A stretch of 64,000 bases of DNA from Candidatus Calditenuaceae archaeon. GTDB taxonomy: Archaea; Thermoproteota; Nitrososphaeria_A; Caldarchaeales; Calditenuaceae. Under the pieces are notes generated by a model. That model saw only the letters and a list, made by a program, of their open reading frames with translations. It did no database searches and was not told the origin of the DNA. This document shows, piece by piece, positions 61,342 to 64,000 of the stretch (its first letter is position 1; each line of letters begins with the position of its first letter). Where the stretch lies: assembly GCA_025058055.1 (NCBI GenBank), contig JANXEU010000007.1, positions 379 to 64,378 of the forward strand, read 5' to 3'. A program made the position numbers and the translations under genes.

Positions 61342-62313
61342 ATGAGCGAGGGCATCCCTTGGATCGAGAAGTACAGGCCAAAATCGCTCAGGGACGTGAT
61401 CGACCAGGAGCCGATTGTTGAGGCGCTGACGGGTCTACTGAAGACGAAGGGCATCCCCCACATGATCTTCACCGGCCCCCCGGGCGTAGGGAAGACTGCC
61501 GCGGCACACGCCCTCGCGAGAGACCTCTTCGGCGATAGGTACGTCGAGGACGGACACTTCCTCGAGATCAACGCATCTGATGAGCGCGGTATCGATGTGA
61601 TCAGGGAGAAGGTCAAGACGTTCGCTAGGATGATCCCAATGGCTGGACCGGGCTTCAAGATACTGCTCCTCGACGAGTCGGACATGCTTACGGCCGAGGC
61701 CCAGCACGCCTTCAGGCGGGTGATGGAGCAGTTCTCTGCGACCTGCAGGTTCATCCTCGCGGCGAACTACCTCAACAGGATCATTGAACCTATACAGTCC
61801 CGATGCGCGGTGTTCAGGTTCAGGGCGATCGACGAGTCCGGCGTTAGGAAAATGGTCGAAAGGGTCTCAAAATCTGAGGGGATAAGCGTGGAAGAGGGGG
61901 CCCTGAAGGCCCTCTACGAGGTCTCCGAGGGCGACCTGAGGAAGGTCTTGAACGTCCTGCAGACCGCTTCGATCTACTCTCGAACCGTGACGGCCGACCT
62001 CGTTTACAGGGTCGTGGGGTTCGCGGCTGCTGTCGATGTGAGGAGGATGATGGAGCTGGCCCTGAACGGCAAGCTCGACGAGGCCAAACGGGTCCTCAGA
62101 CAAGCCCTCTACGTCAACGGCGTGTCCGAGAGGGAGATCTTGAACCGGATGTACGCCGAGGTCTTCTACATCCCCGTGAGGGAGGTCGACAAAGCTAGGA
62201 TCCTCAGCCTGCTAGGAGAGATCGATTACCGCATATCACAGGGCGCCACGCCAGAGGTTCAGATCATGACGGTCCTCGCGACCCTTCAATCAGCTTCCCA
62301 GGCCCTCAAGTAG
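61342..62313 (+). CDS. rfcS: Replication factor C small subunit
   Basis: PWIEKYRPKSLRDVIDQE, Walker A GPPGVGKTAAAHALARDLFG, DEAD-like LLDESDMLT, and a SRC-like arginine finger region (QSRCAVFRF). The ORF track starts at ATG 61174; the family N-terminus fits Met 61342 (MSEGIPW). No intein. Confidence 0.9.
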   Translation: MSEGIPWIEKYRPKSLRDVIDQEPIVEALTGLLKTKGIPHMIFTGPPGVGKTAAAHALARDLFGDRYVEDGHFLEINASDERGIDVIREKVKTFARMIPMAGPGFKILLLDESDMLTAEAQHAFRRVMEQFSATCRFILAANYLNRIIEPIQSRCAVFRFRAIDESGVRKMVERVSKSEGISVEEGALKALYEVSEGDLRKVLNVLQTASIYSRTVTADLVYRVVGFAAAVDVRRMMELALNGKLDEAKRVLRQALYVNGVSEREILNRMYAEVFYIPVREVDKARILSLLGEIDYRISQGATPEVQIMTVLATLQSASQALK

Positions 62314-62388
62314 AGCGTCAGAACCCTTAAGTCAATCTCGCGCTCGGAGCCTTTGATACGACTGAGGTACTTTCTCGTTCTCCGCGTC

Positions 62389-62946
62389 ATGAAGTCCACC
62401 GAACGAGAGTCGGCTCCGTTTGTCGTCAACACACATATAGTTGGTCTAGCTAGAACCGCTGTGCCCGCTAAGGTCGACAAGATAACGTCTGAGGTCGTGA
62501 GGTTGCTGAACGATCCGGCGCTCAAGGGCTTAGCCACGCTGAGGCACTACCCGATGGAGAAGAGGATCTACGCGCGGTTCGGGAGATGCGGGTTCGCTCT
62601 GGACCTTCTGTTCGACTCGGGGAGGGAGACCAGACACGTCTCGATACTGGTCGAGGCAGTGGCTTCGGGATCGGGAAGGAGAGGTAAGCGGGGGTTCTTG
62701 AAGTCTCAGGGTACCGTGACCGCCCACTTCGTCGAACTGGTAGGCAACACGAGGCGTTACAGGACGATCAGGTCGGCTTACAGGGACGCGGACGAGCTCT
62801 TCTCCCAAGTGGAGAAGGTCAGGGCCGAGTTCTACAGGAGGTACGAGGAGATCAGGGCAAGGGTTCCAGAAGCGGTGGGAAGGGTAGAGGCCGAGGTCTT
62901 CCACTCTATCGGCGTGAGAGAGCCAGACCTCTTCCTCGGAGTCTAG
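62389..62946 (+). CDS. Hypothetical protein
   Basis: Intact ORF with host-like codon usage and no recognisable motifs. The start is uncertain (the ORF track starts at 62353). Confidence 0.35.
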   Translation: MKSTERESAPFVVNTHIVGLARTAVPAKVDKITSEVVRLLNDPALKGLATLRHYPMEKRIYARFGRCGFALDLLFDSGRETRHVSILVEAVASGSGRRGKRGFLKSQGTVTAHFVELVGNTRRYRTIRSAYRDADELFSQVEKVRAEFYRRYEEIRARVPEAVGRVEAEVFHSIGVREPDLFLGV

Positions 62947-63383
62947 CTCAGATACCTCTCGATCATCGACTTGAACTTCTGCTTAGGCATGGCGCCCACT
63001 ATCGCGTCTATCGGCTTTCCTCCCCTGAAGACCATGAAGGTCGGTATGCTCATTATCCCGAACCTCGCCGCGGTCCTCGGGTTCTCATCGACGTTTAGCT
63101 TGGCGAACACCACTCTTCCCGCCATCTCCTTGGCTAGGTCCTTCACCACTGGAGCCATGAACCTGCAGGGCATGCACCACTCAGCCCAGAAGTCCACGAT
63201 CACCAAGCCGTGAGACTTAACGAACTCGTCGAAGTTCGCGTCCGTCAGGTCAACAGGAGCATCTATCGACTGCTGCGGCTTGGGGTCGTCACCGCTGACC
63301 GAGGATCGCATCCGATCCCATAGCTTCCTGTTTTTGATCTTCTCAAGTTCTGAGTCGTCCAACCCGCTCATGCTCCCATTCAA
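62943..63383 (-). CDS. trx: Thioredoxin with ~40 aa N-terminal extension
   Basis: VIVDFWAEWCMPCRFMAPV (WCxPC active site) and FAKLNVDENP...GIMSIPT of the Trx fold. Confidence 0.8.
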   Translation of the reverse strand: MNGSMSGLDDSELEKIKNRKLWDRMRSSVSGDDPKPQQSIDAPVDLTDANFDEFVKSHGLVIVDFWAEWCMPCRFMAPVVKDLAKEMAGRVVFAKLNVDENPRTAARFGIMSIPTFMVFRGGKPIDAIVGAMPKQKFKSMIERYLS

Positions 63384-63515
63384 CGTTTTGGCTGGTAAAT
63401 AGGGTTGCCTCAGGACGCTGCGAGACGTATGTCCTCATCAACCGTCTAATTGCGCGATTTACGGGGCTTAGTCGGTGCGAATCGGTGAAATACCGCTAGC
63501 CGGTGAGGAGGCTCG

Positions 63516-64000
63516 ATGAGGGTCGTCTCTTTGGTTCCCAGCGTCACCGAAAGCCTTTACGCTCTGGGGATGCATGACGAAGTAGTCGGCATAACCTATG
63601 CTTGCCCTAACCCCGAGCCCAATCACCACAGGAGGGTAGTTGTAAGGCCTGTGCTGAATACCGAGAACATGGGCCAGCTCGAGATCGATAATGCGGTGAG
63701 GGAACACCTAGCGGCACGTAAGCCTCTTTACGAGATTGACTATGAAGCCATTCTCAACCTCAGGCCCGATTTGATAGTGGTTCAGGACCTGTGCCACGTC
63801 TGCGCCGTAACCCCTTCGCAGGTCCAGGTCGAGGGCCTTCCGAGGACGATCGCTGTCGCGCCGAAGACGGTGAACGAGTCCCTTCAGTCGATCCTCGAGT
63901 TGGCTAGGCTCGTGGGGAGGGAGGCGGAGGGCAAGGAACTGGTTGAACGATTGAGAATGAGGCTCGATTTGGTGCGGGACTTGGTCTCGGGGCTCGAGGT
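63516..64000 (+). CDS. Periplasmic-binding-protein type 2 (BtuF/FepB-like cobalamin/siderophore-binding) protein, 3'-truncated by window edge
   Basis: From ATG 63516, preceded by a GGTGAGGAGG Shine-Dalgarno-like element, the frame reads MRVVSLVPSVTESLYALGMHDEVVGITYAC... (the PF01497 LxPSxTExLxxLG motif) through ...IVVQDL to the window end. It is absent from the ORF track because no in-window stop exists. Confidence 0.6.
   Translation, partial: MRVVSLVPSVTESLYALGMHDEVVGITYACPNPEPNHHRRVVVRPVLNTENMGQLEIDNAVREHLAARKPLYEIDYEAILNLRPDLIVVQDLCHVCAVTPSQVQVEGLPRTIAVAPKTVNESLQSILELARLVGREAEGKELVERLRMRLDLVRDLVSGLE

Noticed and set aside
61209-61754. N-terminal 180 aa of listed ORF 60918..61754 (minus)
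   Set aside because: Only the last 97 codons encode a TatA-like protein. The extension has no features and runs antisense across the rfcS start. Likewise the rfcS ORF-track start (61174) is over-extended; Met 61342 matches the family.
1-64000. Search for CRISPR arrays, IS elements/transposases, integrases, rRNA genes, inteins
   Set aside because: No regularly spaced direct repeats, no transposase/integrase-like ORFs and no rRNA-like stretches were seen. Thermosome, RFC and TopoVI-B have normal lengths with no intein insertions. The tRNA-Val gene is uninterrupted and not flanked by integrase or repeat remnants.

Overview
Archaeal chromosomal segment, probably crenarchaeal/TACK. Evidence for this: thermosome, TBP, Alba, topoisomerase VI B, RFC small subunit, aS19/uS19, TATA-box promoters about 25-30 nt upstream of leaderless starts, frequent GTG/TTG starts and AGG/AGA arginine codons. 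No transposases, integrases, CRISPR arrays or rRNA genes were seen. One tRNA-Val(GAC) is present.

The window splits into two functional halves. The left half (about 1-29.4 kb) is a dense catabolic island. It holds five CoA-activating enzymes: a PaaK-like ligase cut by the window edge, a fused ADP-forming ACD, a benzoate-CoA-ligase-like enzyme and an AMP-forming ACS, with a second ACS further right. It also holds a two-component HpaB/HpaC flavin monooxygenase and three xanthine-dehydrogenase-family Mo-hydroxylase large subunits that lack adjacent Fe-S or FAD subunits. There is a LigB-LigA type extradiol dioxygenase followed by a hotdog thioesterase, and two amidohydrolase-type hydrolases. Three paralogous RraA / HMG-CHA-aldolase-like proteins occur, one inserted between the permease genes of a Liv-type ABC transporter. 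An isochorismatase-family hydrolase follows that transporter.

Together these look like an archaeal version of a protocatechuate-4,5-cleavage or gallate-type (LigAB/LigJ/LigK-like) or N-heteroaromatic degradation route.

The right half carries housekeeping genes and several oddities. A cofactor operon runs CobY-like - nitroreductase - CofD - MoaB. A class-I methyltransferase is fused to a D-Ala-D-Ala-ligase-like ATP-grasp domain. An FAD-linked oxidase sits inside an Ssu/Tau-type ABC operon. A tandem SagB-type dehydrogenase and a CBS/Zn-ribbon protein lie in a visibly GC-richer patch next to cysteine synthase. An unannotated 43-aa lysine-rich ORF has its own TATA box. There are tandem TatA paralogs and a MocA-like cytidylyltransferase.

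The ORF track omits ORFs that run off the window edges (a PaaK-like gene at the left and a BtuF-like gene at the right). It also over-extends many N-termini by starting at the first GTG/TTG.
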